NCBI GenBank assembly: GCA_934718135.1
Contig: CAKUZW010000001.1
Span: forward strand, 200,714-264,713
DNA: 64,000 nt
Direction: 5' to 3'
Origin: an uncultured Candidatus Melainabacteria bacterium
Lineage (GTDB): Bacteria; Cyanobacteriota; Vampirovibrionia; Gastranaerophilales; Gastranaerophilaceae
The notes beneath the pieces were generated by a model that did no database searches, was not told where the DNA came from, and saw only the letters and a list, made by a program, of their open reading frames with translations. Shown here piece by piece: positions 1 through 9,370 of this stretch; position 1 is the first letter of the stretch, and every line of letters begins with the position of its first letter. The translations under genes were made by a program, and so were the position numbers.

Positions 1-241
1 TTTTTAGTTCGGGATAAAATGACCCTGCGGTTTTATATTTGTTAGGATCTGTTGAAGTTCCGTTCGCGTCCATTTCTTGAACGGCTCTTGCAATTTGGGC
101 ATACGCAGTATTAAATTGAGCTTTTGCTTTGGCTGCTTTTTGTCCGATTACAACTGAAGGCATAACCAATACTGCAACTACACCAATTACTGATAGTGCT
201 ATTAATATTTCTCCAAGTGTGAATGCTAAAAACTTTTTCAT
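1..241 (-). CDS. prepilin-type N-terminal cleavage/methylation domain protein (N-terminal part only; gene runs off the window)
   Basis: ATG at 241-239 with GAGGAA upstream. Translation is MKKFLAFTLGEILIALSVIGVVAVLVMPSV..., a short basic leader plus hydrophobic pilin helix with Glu at +5. Same motif as the proteins at 1779-2444 and 57127-57846. Absent from the ORF track because it is truncated. Confidence 0.75.
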   Translation of the reverse strand, partial: MKKFLAFTLGEILIALSVIGVVAVLVMPSVVIGQKAAKAKAQFNTAYAQIARAVQEMDANGTSTDPNKYKTAGSFYPELK

Positions 242-398
242 ATCTTTAATTAATTTCCTCTTTTATCCTCTTTTTAATTATAACATATTTTTGCTCCTTC
301 CTCAATCCTTGAAGTTTGAAACATTTCGTAAACTTTTAGCAATTTTTAATATTCATCTGTTTTGTAGGTAGTGTACAAAATTTAGGAGTGTCTAATTT

Positions 399-917
399 AT
401 GTCAATGAATAGTGTGTCATCTAATCGTTCGCAAGCAATTGGAGCAGGTGCAGTTTTAGGTTTAGCAGGAATGAATGCTTACTTTTTGCCTGTTACAAAA
501 GATAGATTTGTGAGAAATTCTTTTGATATAACAAAAGAACTTACGGAAGATAAACTTGAATTGTTAAATGAATCAGCACTTCAGATTTCTAACAAAAAAT
601 TAAAGACAGAAAATAAAATGTTTCTTGCTCAACTCGGGGTAGATGAAACGATTGATGCAATTAACGCAAAGTGTTTGGAATTGAAAAAATCAATTACTGA
701 TCCCGATAAGGTCAAGGATTTGAAAAAATCTTTTGAAGATTGTTTTAAAGATTGTAAAAAGTCAGAAGCTTTCATGGATAATGTTTCCGCCAAAGCTTTT
801 AATAAAATTCGTTGGACAAACTTTACTTGGGGTGCAGTGATAGGTTTTATCTTGGGTAGTGTATTTGCGTCTGCTGCTTCGGCTTCCGCACCTAAAATGC
901 CTCCGCAACAAATGTAA
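399..917 (+). CDS. hypothetical membrane protein (Gly/Ala-rich N-terminal and C-terminal hydrophobic segments)
   Basis: AGGAG RBS before the ATG. Architecture and several blocks (AxGAGxGAV...; IRxTxF...GAVxG) resemble the ORF at 47525-48067. Confidence 0.6.
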   Translation: MSMNSVSSNRSQAIGAGAVLGLAGMNAYFLPVTKDRFVRNSFDITKELTEDKLELLNESALQISNKKLKTENKMFLAQLGVDETIDAINAKCLELKKSITDPDKVKDLKKSFEDCFKDCKKSEAFMDNVSAKAFNKIRWTNFTWGAVIGFILGSVFASAASASAPKMPPQQM

Positions 918-1151
918 TTATTTCCAATTGGAGCGAGGCTTGAATACAACATCATAGCCCAATTCGTTAGAAATTTCTATAACTTCCTTAAAAGAGATAG
1001 TTCCACGAGCCAACTTATGAGAAAGACCGCTAGTAGAAACCTTTTTGCCGGTCTTATCAAAGATTCGTCTTGCATATTCTTCATAGCTGATATCTCGCCA
1101 TGTGAATAGCATTTTAATCCGTTCCTTTATCTTTTTAGAATTTTCTTCCAT
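918..1151 (-). CDS. small HTH-type DNA-binding protein
   Basis: Strong AAGGAGG RBS. The C-terminal block HKLARGTISFKEVIEISNELGYDVVFKPR is paralogous to the island protein at 17365-17652 (NKLARASFKITELMDIAELFGYELKFVPK). Confidence 0.65.
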   Translation of the reverse strand: MEENSKKIKERIKMLFTWRDISYEEYARRIFDKTGKKVSTSGLSHKLARGTISFKEVIEISNELGYDVVFKPRSNWK

Positions 1152-1190
1152 AACTCCTCCTTATAATGCTATCAGGAGAATGATTAATCT

Positions 1191-1234
1191 TGACATATTA
1201 TGATAAATATGTCATTATCATGACGAATACGTCA
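1191..1234. promoter_or_regulatory. candidate operator palindromes upstream of the HTH gene
   Basis: TGACATAT-N8-ATATGTCA (1191-1214) and TGACG-AATA-CGTCA (1221-1234). A TTGACA-N17-CATTAT promoter-like motif overlaps on the + strand. Confidence 0.3.
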
Positions 1235-1255
1235 GTATGAAATTAAATAGGTAAA

Positions 1256-1778
1256 TATGTCATTCTGAAAACTTAGAAAATTTGTAAGGAAGTTTGAGTA
1301 TAAAATTTTCAAGTTATTCAGAATCTATCAATTTTGATTAAATAACAAATCAAATGGATAGACCCTGAATCACGCATTTCGCTGCCGCTTGTGCTGTTCA
1401 GGGTGACATGACCCTAATCCTATTTAGTAGTAACAAATAAGAAAGGATGTAAAAATGAAAGATAACAATAACAATGCGATTGTAGTACAAAGGGACGCAA
1501 CAACATGTGCCCCCCTTGTGGGGGAACCGAAATCTTTGATTTCGAAGGGGGGTAAAAATGTGTTGGACTATAATCAAGAACCCCCTCCCGAATTTGTAAG
1601 TGATAAAAATAGGCTGGATTGCTTCGCATTCGCTCGCAATGACGAAAAAACTGTAACGAACCTATTCCCTTATTTCCCTATTTCCTTGTCCCTTAAAAAG
1701 AAAGTAGATTCTTCGCCAAACGCACTCGCATTAAACGGATACGGCTTCGCCTTAATGCGTGAGCTCGTGCGGCTCAGA
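1256..1778. repeat. stack of short palindromic intergenic repeats (several families)
   Basis: 1256-1280 is a perfect inverted copy of 57080-57104. 1344-1408 matches 41923-41987 with a few mismatches. 1653-1692 belongs to the gtaacgaacttattccc...ccttgtccc family. GC-rich hairpins at 1613-1645 and 1715-1790. Confidence 0.7.
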
Positions 1779-2444
1779 ATGACGGCTTTCACTTTGGCTG
1801 AGGTATTAATCACCCTTGGCATCATCGGAATTGTGGCAGCAATGACAATTCCAACTCTTATGCAAAAGTATTACGAAAAACAGGTTATTGCCAAGGCTAA
1901 AGAAACTCAATCAATTATATCTCAAGCATTAAAGATTGCAGAAGAAGAATATGATACGCCTGAAAATTGGGGATTGGATTTAACCACAAGTATGTGGAAG
2001 AGAGAAAATGCTCAAAAAATTGCGGATGCACTAAGAAAAGGAATGAAGTTTTCTTTGGACTGTGGAACAAGTGATAGGGAGGGAAAATGTTGCTATAATA
2101 AACCAGTACATTATTTAAATGGAACCCTCTCACATAATTACGCAATTGAATCAGGATTTTATAAAGTTGTATTGATGAATGGCGTTTCGTTGTGGTTTGG
2201 AATTAGAGGAGATTTAAATCAAATAGACTTTTTCTTTGATGTTAATGGAAATAATTCTCCAAACACTATTGGAAAAGATATATTCGCCCTATCCTATAGA
2301 ATGGGACAAGGTTTGATGATTGACGGAGCCCCCGGGGATGACACTCCATACCAAACAAATTGCAAATTAGACGGTTTAGGCTGGGGTTGTTTGTATTATA
2401 TTACACAATTTGGTAATATGAATTATTTACATCCTCAAAAATAA
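1779..2444 (+). CDS. prepilin-type N-terminal cleavage/methylation domain protein
   Basis: MTAFTLAEVLITLGIIGIVAAMTIPTL pilin helix. The start is moved to the in-frame ATG at 1779 because the 108 upstream codons of the track ORF are read-through of repeat elements. Confidence 0.75.
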   Translation: MTAFTLAEVLITLGIIGIVAAMTIPTLMQKYYEKQVIAKAKETQSIISQALKIAEEEYDTPENWGLDLTTSMWKRENAQKIADALRKGMKFSLDCGTSDREGKCCYNKPVHYLNGTLSHNYAIESGFYKVVLMNGVSLWFGIRGDLNQIDFFFDVNGNNSPNTIGKDIFALSYRMGQGLMIDGAPGDDTPYQTNCKLDGLGWGCLYYITQFGNMNYLHPQK

Positions 2445-2451
2445 GTTATAA

Positions 2452-3324
2452 CTATTTAGAAGGTTCCAAATGGATTGAGGATACTACATCTCCAAGCTTT
2501 TTTTTCAACTCTTTTTCAACAGAATCACAAATGGTATGACAATTGTAAATGGTCATATCTTTTGGAAAAATAAGAGTTAGGGTTATACTTTTTTGAGGCC
2601 CCAATCTTCGTGCTCTCAAATCTTTATAGCCAACAATCCCTTGAGCTTTGGATGATTCCAGAATATCATCAATAGTTTTCAAATCGCTTTCAGGTAGTGA
2701 ACAATCTAATAAATTATTCATTGTACTTTTTGAGATTGAAAAACCGGCTCTAAAGATTATACAGGCAACGATTATGGCAATAATCGGATCTAAGAGATGT
2801 ATACCCGTTACTTTTATTAATAACAAACCTAAAAATACTCCAAGAGAGGACAAAATATCGGTTCTAAGGTGTTCGGCATCAGCATATAACGATATGGAGT
2901 CTGAAGTTTTAGCAACTTTAAATAACACAGAACTTACGATTACATTTGCAACAACAGAAATCCCCATTACATACAGACCTAATGTTGTATCAACATCCAT
3001 TGAGGTCGGAGCTAGGATTTTTTTTACAGCTTCGTAAATAATAAAACAGGCTGCAAAGATAATCAAACCACCTTCAATAAATCCTGACATATCTTCATAT
3101 TTGCCGTGCCCGAACGGGTGCGTTTTATCTGCGGGTTCAGATGATTTCATTACAGAGAAAAATGTTAATACAGAAGCTAAAAAATCGCTAAGTGAGTGGA
3201 TAGCTTCAGATATAATACTGATACTGCCCGAAATATGTCCTGCAATAAGTTTTAGAACAATTATTACAGAATTTGAAAATATTGATAATCCTGCTGCAAA
3301 TTTTTTCTGTGTTTCTATTTTCAT
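2452..3324 (-). CDS. cation diffusion facilitator (CDF) family metal efflux transporter
   Basis: Six TM segments. Motifs HSLSDFLAS and HPFGHGKYE, plus a C-terminal cytoplasmic domain typical of CDF/FieF-like proteins. Confidence 0.9.
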   Translation of the reverse strand: MKIETQKKFAAGLSIFSNSVIIVLKLIAGHISGSISIISEAIHSLSDFLASVLTFFSVMKSSEPADKTHPFGHGKYEDMSGFIEGGLIIFAACFIIYEAVKKILAPTSMDVDTTLGLYVMGISVVANVIVSSVLFKVAKTSDSISLYADAEHLRTDILSSLGVFLGLLLIKVTGIHLLDPIIAIIVACIIFRAGFSISKSTMNNLLDCSLPESDLKTIDDILESSKAQGIVGYKDLRARRLGPQKSITLTLIFPKDMTIYNCHTICDSVEKELKKKLGDVVSSIHLEPSK

Positions 3325-3453
3325 AACCTTTTTATTATACTCTTAGTTATGAAAAAATCAACAAATAATAAATCTTTTTTCTTCCTCGTAACAGCTATTT
3401 TCAAAACAATAAAAAACTGCTAAAATAGCATTTATAAAAGGAAAGGGTAAACA

Positions 3454-3885
3454 ATGAAAAAAGCTTTAATTTCGTTATTATTTATATCACTTGTTTCAAG
3501 TGCGGCAATTGCTGTTGGTGGAACATATTCTGACGCGTACATCAAAAACATGAAAACATGTACAGTTCATATTGAAAAATATGATGCGGAAATTCCGACA
3601 GATGACGTGAACACTCCATCTCTTCATTTGACTTCAACTGAAACTATTTCAGGTTGGCAAAACGGTAAATGTGTAACCAAAAGCGTTGTGTACAGTAAAG
3701 AATTGGGGCAAAATATCCTGACGACCCAATGTGAATTCAATGAAAAACAATTGGCTTCTGTTGTGAAGAAAATGGAAGACTCAAAAACAGGAGACGCCAA
3801 AGCTCGTCAAAAATTGCAAGAAGAATTGACAAATTATGTCAAAGATAACTCAATTTGTACGGTTAATAATTTGCTAGAAAAATAA
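3454..3885 (+). CDS. secreted hypothetical protein
   Basis: N-terminal signal peptide MKKALISLLFISLVSSAAIA. No recognisable domain. Confidence 0.6.
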   Translation: MKKALISLLFISLVSSAAIAVGGTYSDAYIKNMKTCTVHIEKYDAEIPTDDVNTPSLHLTSTETISGWQNGKCVTKSVVYSKELGQNILTTQCEFNEKQLASVVKKMEDSKTGDAKARQKLQEELTNYVKDNSICTVNNLLEK

Positions 3886-3900
3886 ATCTTTAATTATTTT

Positions 3901-5295
3901 CTAAAATGCATCAAAAGAATCATCTTTAATCGGGTTTTTGAATTTCGTAATATTGCCTTGGAACAATAATTTGATTGTACCGACAGGGCCGTTTCTGTGT
4001 TTTGCAATAATTACTTCTGACAAACCTTTTGAAGATGCTTTCACATTTTCTTCTTCCTCAGATTCACCTTTGTTGTAGTAATCTTCACGATAAATAAACA
4101 TTACGATATCGGCATCTTGTTCGATTGAACCTGATTCACGCAAGTCTGAAAGCATCGGACGTTTATCGTTACGGCCTTCAACTGCACGAGATAACTGAGA
4201 AAGAGTAATAATCGGAACATCGAGTTCTTTAGCCAAGATTTTCAAACCTCTTGATATTGCAGAGATTTGTTGCAAACGGTCATCTTTTCCGCCACCTTCC
4301 ATCAACTGCAAATAGTCGATTACAATTAGTCCTAAATCTTTTTGCTGAGTTTTTAAACGGCGACATTTTGTTCTGATATCAGTCAAAGTACAACCGCTTG
4401 TATCATCAATATAAATCGGAGCTTGGCTAAAATCATTCATTGCCATTGCAAGTTTGTCCAAATCTTGTTGAAGCATGTTTCCTGTTTTTAGTCTTTGAGC
4501 ATCAACTTCGGCATAAGAACACAACATTCTCTGTACCAACTGTGACGCTGACATTTCAAGAGAAAATATACAAACAGGAACTTGTTCTTTAATTGCAACA
4601 TTTTGAGCTATGTTCAATGCAAATGCGGTTTTCCCCATTGCTGGACGAGCTGCAAGAATTATCAAATCAGACTTATGCAACCCGCTCATCATTGTATCCA
4701 TCTCATAAAAACCTGTACTCAAACCAGACAATTCATCTTTATGATTAAATCTGTATTCAATATTATCCCAAGTATCAAGAACCAAATCTTTAACGTGTTT
4801 TAAATCGGCAGTAGCTTTGCTTGACCCGATATCAAAAATCAATTTTTCAGCTTGTTCCAAAGATCTGTCACTTGGTTCTAAATCGTAACCTTTACTAACA
4901 ATCTCAGAACCTGCATTTATCAAGGCTCTTTTTACGGCTTTTTCTTGAATAATTTTTGCATAATAAGAAATATTTGAAGTTGTAATAGTATTTTCAACAA
5001 GGTCGTTGATATAAGCTCTTCCTCCAACCGCTTCAAGTTTTCCGCTATAACTCAAAACGTCAGAAACAGACACGATATCAATGTTGTCATTATTGTTGAA
5101 TAGTTGAAGCATTGCTTCATAGATATATCTGTGAGCAGGTTTGTAAAAACTTTTCGGCAACAATGTATCAGAAACTTTGGCTAATGTTTCCGGATTAACT
5201 AAGATTGCTCCTAATACGGCTTCTTCTGCTTCGACATTTTGAGGGATAAGTGTTTCATCAACTTTTTTTCTGGTTTCTCTTGAAGTTACTGGCAT
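3901..5295 (-). CDS. dnaB: replicative DNA helicase DnaB
   Basis: N-terminal PQNVEAEEAVLGAIL motif, Walker A ARPAMGKT, IVIDYLQLM, LSQLSR. Confidence 0.95.
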   Translation of the reverse strand: MPVTSRETRKKVDETLIPQNVEAEEAVLGAILVNPETLAKVSDTLLPKSFYKPAHRYIYEAMLQLFNNNDNIDIVSVSDVLSYSGKLEAVGGRAYINDLVENTITTSNISYYAKIIQEKAVKRALINAGSEIVSKGYDLEPSDRSLEQAEKLIFDIGSSKATADLKHVKDLVLDTWDNIEYRFNHKDELSGLSTGFYEMDTMMSGLHKSDLIILAARPAMGKTAFALNIAQNVAIKEQVPVCIFSLEMSASQLVQRMLCSYAEVDAQRLKTGNMLQQDLDKLAMAMNDFSQAPIYIDDTSGCTLTDIRTKCRRLKTQQKDLGLIVIDYLQLMEGGGKDDRLQQISAISRGLKILAKELDVPIITLSQLSRAVEGRNDKRPMLSDLRESGSIEQDADIVMFIYREDYYNKGESEEEENVKASSKGLSEVIIAKHRNGPVGTIKLLFQGNITKFKNPIKDDSFDAF

Positions 5296-5484
5296 AATAA
5301 ATACTTCCTTTTATTAATAACAATTTTATTACATAAAAGAATTTATAGCTTTTAATTTTGAAAAATAGTTACACTAATTTTACAAACAAAATAATCCCCA
5401 ACTTTTATATGATGAAAAATGAACAAAAATATATTTTAATCGTTATATGTATGTTAATAGATTTGAGGATTAGCTAAAATATAA

Positions 5485-6936
5485 ATGATAAAGAAAATAG
5501 CACTGGTTCTAATTTGTATTGTTTCCATTTCAACATCCGCATTTGCATTGGAAGAAGTAAATGTTCAACAGGGTTCTGTTTTATCGTTGAATGATTGTAT
5601 TTCAATAGCTCTTAATCATAATCCCGCAATCAAAAATGCAAGATATAACTATGGAATTTCAAAATCAAATGTCGGGGTTGCAAGATCAGAATTTTTCCCG
5701 ACAATTGGAGTTGGAACTGGATACAAATACAATACAACAAGTTCTAAAAGAGTAACTTCTGATACTAATGCTTATACTGTTGAAGCAACGTTAAATCAAT
5801 TATTATGGAATTTCGGAAGAACTAATGCGAATATAAAAATGCAAAAGTTCTATCTGATTGCAGATGAATACAATTTTTATAATACAGTCAGAGAAACAAC
5901 TTTTGATGTTAAACAAAAATACTACAATGTATTAGCTGCACGAGCAACCGTTTTAATTAATAAAGCTTATGTTCAAATCAACGAGAGAAACTATCAACGA
6001 ACAAAAGCATATTTTGATGAAGGGATTAAATCTAAAATTGATTTAGTTAATGCGGAAGTTACTTGGAGTGATTCTAAAATTCAACTTGTTCAAGCTGAAA
6101 ATGCATATAAAAACGCCCTTGTAAACTTGAATAATGCAATGTATTTGGTTAATGCTCCCGCTTATTCAATATCAGGAACAGAAGTTTTTAATACCGGACT
6201 TAACGATAATGTGGCACCTGTTGATTTGACTAACATAACCAAGCCATCAGACAAAGAAATCAGCAAATTGCCTGTGAACGTTAAAGATGCAAGACTCACA
6301 AGTTCGGTTGAAACACTTGAACTTTTGACAGATTACAAAGTTGATGAATTTCCGTATTCCTTTGAAGAATGCATGAAAATGGCATACAAAAATCGTGCAG
6401 ATTTAAAGGCTTACAACTCAACACTTGATGCTGTTAAACAAAATTTGCTATTTGTTAAAAGGAATTATTACCCTGAATTATCAGCAAATGCCGGATATGG
6501 TTTTAGAAACACAAATACCACAAATTCTTTCAATGTGGGATTAAATTTATCAAGTTCATTAAACATAATGAACCAAAAATACAAAGTTGATGCGGCTAAA
6601 TATCAGGTTGACATCGCAGAAAACTCTCTAAATCAACTAAATCAAGACATATTTTTTGAAGTTCAAAACGCATATATAAATATGGTTGAACTTGAAAAAC
6701 AAATTCCGCTCCTTGCAGTAAAAGTTCGTCAAACTTTAGAAAACTACGAACTTGCAGAAGGCAGATACTATGTTGGTTTAGGTGATTATATTCAATTGCA
6801 GGACGCAAAAGTCAATTATAACAATGCTCAATGCTCTTATATTGAAACGATTTACAAATATAATGTTGCAAGAGCAAATTTAGAAAGCGTAATTGCAATG
6901 CCACAACAAGTTACAGTTACTTTAGAAGGAAAATAA
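5485..6936 (+). CDS. TolC-family outer membrane efflux protein
   Basis: Signal peptide and two OEP-type repeats. First gene of the exporter operon. Confidence 0.9.
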   Translation: MIKKIALVLICIVSISTSAFALEEVNVQQGSVLSLNDCISIALNHNPAIKNARYNYGISKSNVGVARSEFFPTIGVGTGYKYNTTSSKRVTSDTNAYTVEATLNQLLWNFGRTNANIKMQKFYLIADEYNFYNTVRETTFDVKQKYYNVLAARATVLINKAYVQINERNYQRTKAYFDEGIKSKIDLVNAEVTWSDSKIQLVQAENAYKNALVNLNNAMYLVNAPAYSISGTEVFNTGLNDNVAPVDLTNITKPSDKEISKLPVNVKDARLTSSVETLELLTDYKVDEFPYSFEECMKMAYKNRADLKAYNSTLDAVKQNLLFVKRNYYPELSANAGYGFRNTNTTNSFNVGLNLSSSLNIMNQKYKVDAAKYQVDIAENSLNQLNQDIFFEVQNAYINMVELEKQIPLLAVKVRQTLENYELAEGRYYVGLGDYIQLQDAKVNYNNAQCSYIETIYKYNVARANLESVIAMPQQVTVTLEGK

Positions 6937-6937
6937 A

Positions 6938-8140
6938 ATGCAGATAAAAGAAATCCTTAAAAAATGCCAAAAGAAAAGAGTCATAATTCCAATTGCAATA
7001 GCACTTGTAGTTGGGGTTGTCGGATTTAACAATATAAAAGCAAATCAAATTCACTATCAAACTCAAAAACTTGAAAGATGCACAATTACACAAGTTGTAG
7101 AAGCTTCAGGTACTATCAATCCTGTGAATACCGTAAGTGTTGGTTCTACAGTGTCAGGTTTGATGAAAGCTATTTATGTTGATTACAATTCAGAGGTTAA
7201 AAAAGGTCAACTCTTAGCACAAATTGATCCTGCAAATTTCCAAGCATCAGTTGACCAAAATAGAGCACAAATAAATAATGCTGAAGCTAACCTTGCAAAA
7301 TTAAATGCCGAAATGGTTATGGCTCAAAAAACTTATAACAGATATAAAAACTTGTACGCTAAAAACTTTGTTGCAAGAAGTGAACTTGACCAAGCTGAAA
7401 GTGATTATCTTGCTAAAAAAGCTGCAATCGGTGCTCAACAAGCATCTATAGCTCAAGCAAGAGCAACCTATAAAACGGCAATGACAAATTTAGGCTACAC
7501 AAAAATTATTGCACCTGTTGATGGAACAATTATCTCTCGTGATATTGACGTAGGACAACCGGTAGCAGCAAGTTTCCAAGCTCCGGAATTATTTACAATT
7601 GCTCAAGATTTGAAGAAAATGCAAATAGAAGTAAATGTTTCAGAAGCAGATATAGGACAGGTTAAAGAAGGGCAAGATGTTGAATACACACTTGACGGAT
7701 ATCCTGATAGCACATTTTATGGAAAAGTTACCCAAGTTCGACTTGATTCAACTACAACTTCTAACGTTGTAACCTATACCGTTATTGTAAGTGTAAGCAA
7801 TGAAGATTTAAAACTTAAACCTGGAATGACAGCTAATGTGTCTATAATCACAAACCGAAGTTCAAATGTTTTGTGTGCTCCAAGTATTGCCCTAAAATAT
7901 TCTCCTGAATCTAACGGACAAAAATACAAAAATCAAGGTCTTTGGATTTTAGAAAATGGCAAACCGAGAAGAATAGATATCAAAGAAGGTGCAAGTGACG
8001 ATTCTAATATAGAAATAATTTCTCAAAAATTGAAAGTTGGAGATGAAATTATTATCGGTTCTACAGGTGGAAAGAAAAAGCCTGCTCAAAATTCTGATGC
8101 TAATGGCAAAAAACGTGGCGGTCCTCCGGGAATGTTTTAA
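6938..8140 (+). CDS. periplasmic adaptor (membrane fusion protein, MacA/DevB/HlyD type)
   Basis: N-terminal TM, lipoyl/coiled-coil/beta-barrel pattern (GQLLAQIDP..., YTKIIAPVDGTI). Start is 2 nt after the TolC stop. Confidence 0.9.
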   Translation: MQIKEILKKCQKKRVIIPIAIALVVGVVGFNNIKANQIHYQTQKLERCTITQVVEASGTINPVNTVSVGSTVSGLMKAIYVDYNSEVKKGQLLAQIDPANFQASVDQNRAQINNAEANLAKLNAEMVMAQKTYNRYKNLYAKNFVARSELDQAESDYLAKKAAIGAQQASIAQARATYKTAMTNLGYTKIIAPVDGTIISRDIDVGQPVAASFQAPELFTIAQDLKKMQIEVNVSEADIGQVKEGQDVEYTLDGYPDSTFYGKVTQVRLDSTTTSNVVTYTVIVSVSNEDLKLKPGMTANVSIITNRSSNVLCAPSIALKYSPESNGQKYKNQGLWILENGKPRRIDIKEGASDDSNIEIISQKLKVGDEIIIGSTGGKKKPAQNSDANGKKRGGPPGMF

Positions 8141-8164
8141 AATTAACTAATAAAGGGCAATAAT

Positions 8165-9322
8165 ATGAATATAATAGAATATGATAAACAGAAATTTATA
8201 AATAACATTATAGCTAAAATCCAACCTTTTGAAGAAGAAAGAAAAAAAAGACTATTCAAATTGTTATGGTGGCAAATAGTTTTATTTTTAGTTACCTATG
8301 GATTATGCAAAGGTGTTGTGTTTTTCATGGAGAGTTATACCAATATCTCTGTAATATTTTCAATTTTAGCTTTTTTTAGCTTCGCTGCATTTATTTTTAA
8401 TTTTGGGGTTTATGACAAAGATTTTAAACAATATTTAAAACGAAAATGTAATGCTCTGATTTTAAAGAAATTTAATTTGGATACAATACGAGGTATCGCA
8501 TTTTCAAATGATATTCTAAGAAAAAGTAATTTGTTTTCCTCATATTCATATCAAGAACCCGATGATGTTATATGTGGGTGTTATGACGATGTAAATTATA
8601 AAATTGTTGAAACAAAACTTGTTGCAAAAACAAGTAAAAGTTCAATTGATGTTTTTAGTGGAGTAATTATATCTTTTCCTACAAATAAATTTTTTAAAAC
8701 AGAAACTTTAGTAACTTCAAAAGGGGATGAAAATATAAGAAATTATCAAACAAATTTAAAATTTGCGATAAAACTTATGCTTTTTGGATCTTTTATTCTC
8801 GCAGTACTTCTGGCTTTAGTTTTTCTATTTTTTGATGTCAAATCAATGCTTGATTCTGGAGCCTCAATTGAAAGTCTTATAATGAAATTTGCGAGTGACT
8901 ATGATCTTTGGATTGTGAGTACTTTAGAGATAGTTCTTCCTTTGATAATAATTTTGTGTATTGCTATTCCTTTGAATCGCCAAAGAAAAAAAATGCAAGA
9001 GGCTAAATTGGAAGATATAGATTTTGATAACAGATTTAATGTTTATACTAAAGATCAAGTTGAAGCAAGATATCTTCTTACTCCTTCATTTATGGAACGC
9101 TTAAAATCGGTAGAAACATCTTTTGGAACAAAAGGTATTAAATGTTCGTTTTTTGAAGATACTATAATGTTAGCAATTCCGACAAATAAAGATTTGTTTG
9201 AGTTGGGTAGTTTATATTGCCCAATTCAAAAATCTAAAGAAATTGCAAAAACTTATGACCAAATAAAATCAATTCAAAATATGATAAAGCATTTCAAGCT
9301 AAATGAAAAGGTGGGGTTATAA
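8165..9322 (+). CDS. DUF3137-like membrane protein (paralog 1)
   Basis: Coiled N-terminus, two TM hairpins, conserved block FDNRFNVYTKDQVEARYLLTPSFMERLK. Family assignment is from memory of DUF3137. Confidence 0.6.
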   Translation: MNIIEYDKQKFINNIIAKIQPFEEERKKRLFKLLWWQIVLFLVTYGLCKGVVFFMESYTNISVIFSILAFFSFAAFIFNFGVYDKDFKQYLKRKCNALILKKFNLDTIRGIAFSNDILRKSNLFSSYSYQEPDDVICGCYDDVNYKIVETKLVAKTSKSSIDVFSGVIISFPTNKFFKTETLVTSKGDENIRNYQTNLKFAIKLMLFGSFILAVLLALVFLFFDVKSMLDSGASIESLIMKFASDYDLWIVSTLEIVLPLIIILCIAIPLNRQRKKMQEAKLEDIDFDNRFNVYTKDQVEARYLLTPSFMERLKSVETSFGTKGIKCSFFEDTIMLAIPTNKDLFELGSLYCPIQKSKEIAKTYDQIKSIQNMIKHFKLNEKVGL

Positions 9323-9370
9323 TTATTACTATAAATAAGCATAACGAAATTTGTAAAAAGGAACGATAAA

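Noticed and set aside
129-371. 80-aa + strand ORF from the track
   Set aside because: It lies antisense to a much better supported prepilin-type N-terminus (241-1, minus strand). It is low-complexity and has no RBS.
629-955. Antisense or shadow ORFs nested in well-supported genes. This one, plus e.g. 2648-3037, 4582-4803, 10807-11187, 21550-21798, 27561-27896, 31827-32084, 38166-38453, 45724-46226 and 59844-60171.
   Set aside because: Each lies opposite a gene with clear family motifs. They lack RBSs and have composition typical of antisense frames in AT-rich DNA.
1455-1778. N-terminal 108 codons of the 329-aa track ORF
   Set aside because: This stretch is composed of repeat elements found in non-coding contexts elsewhere in the window. 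The pilin signature starts right after the internal ATG at 1779.
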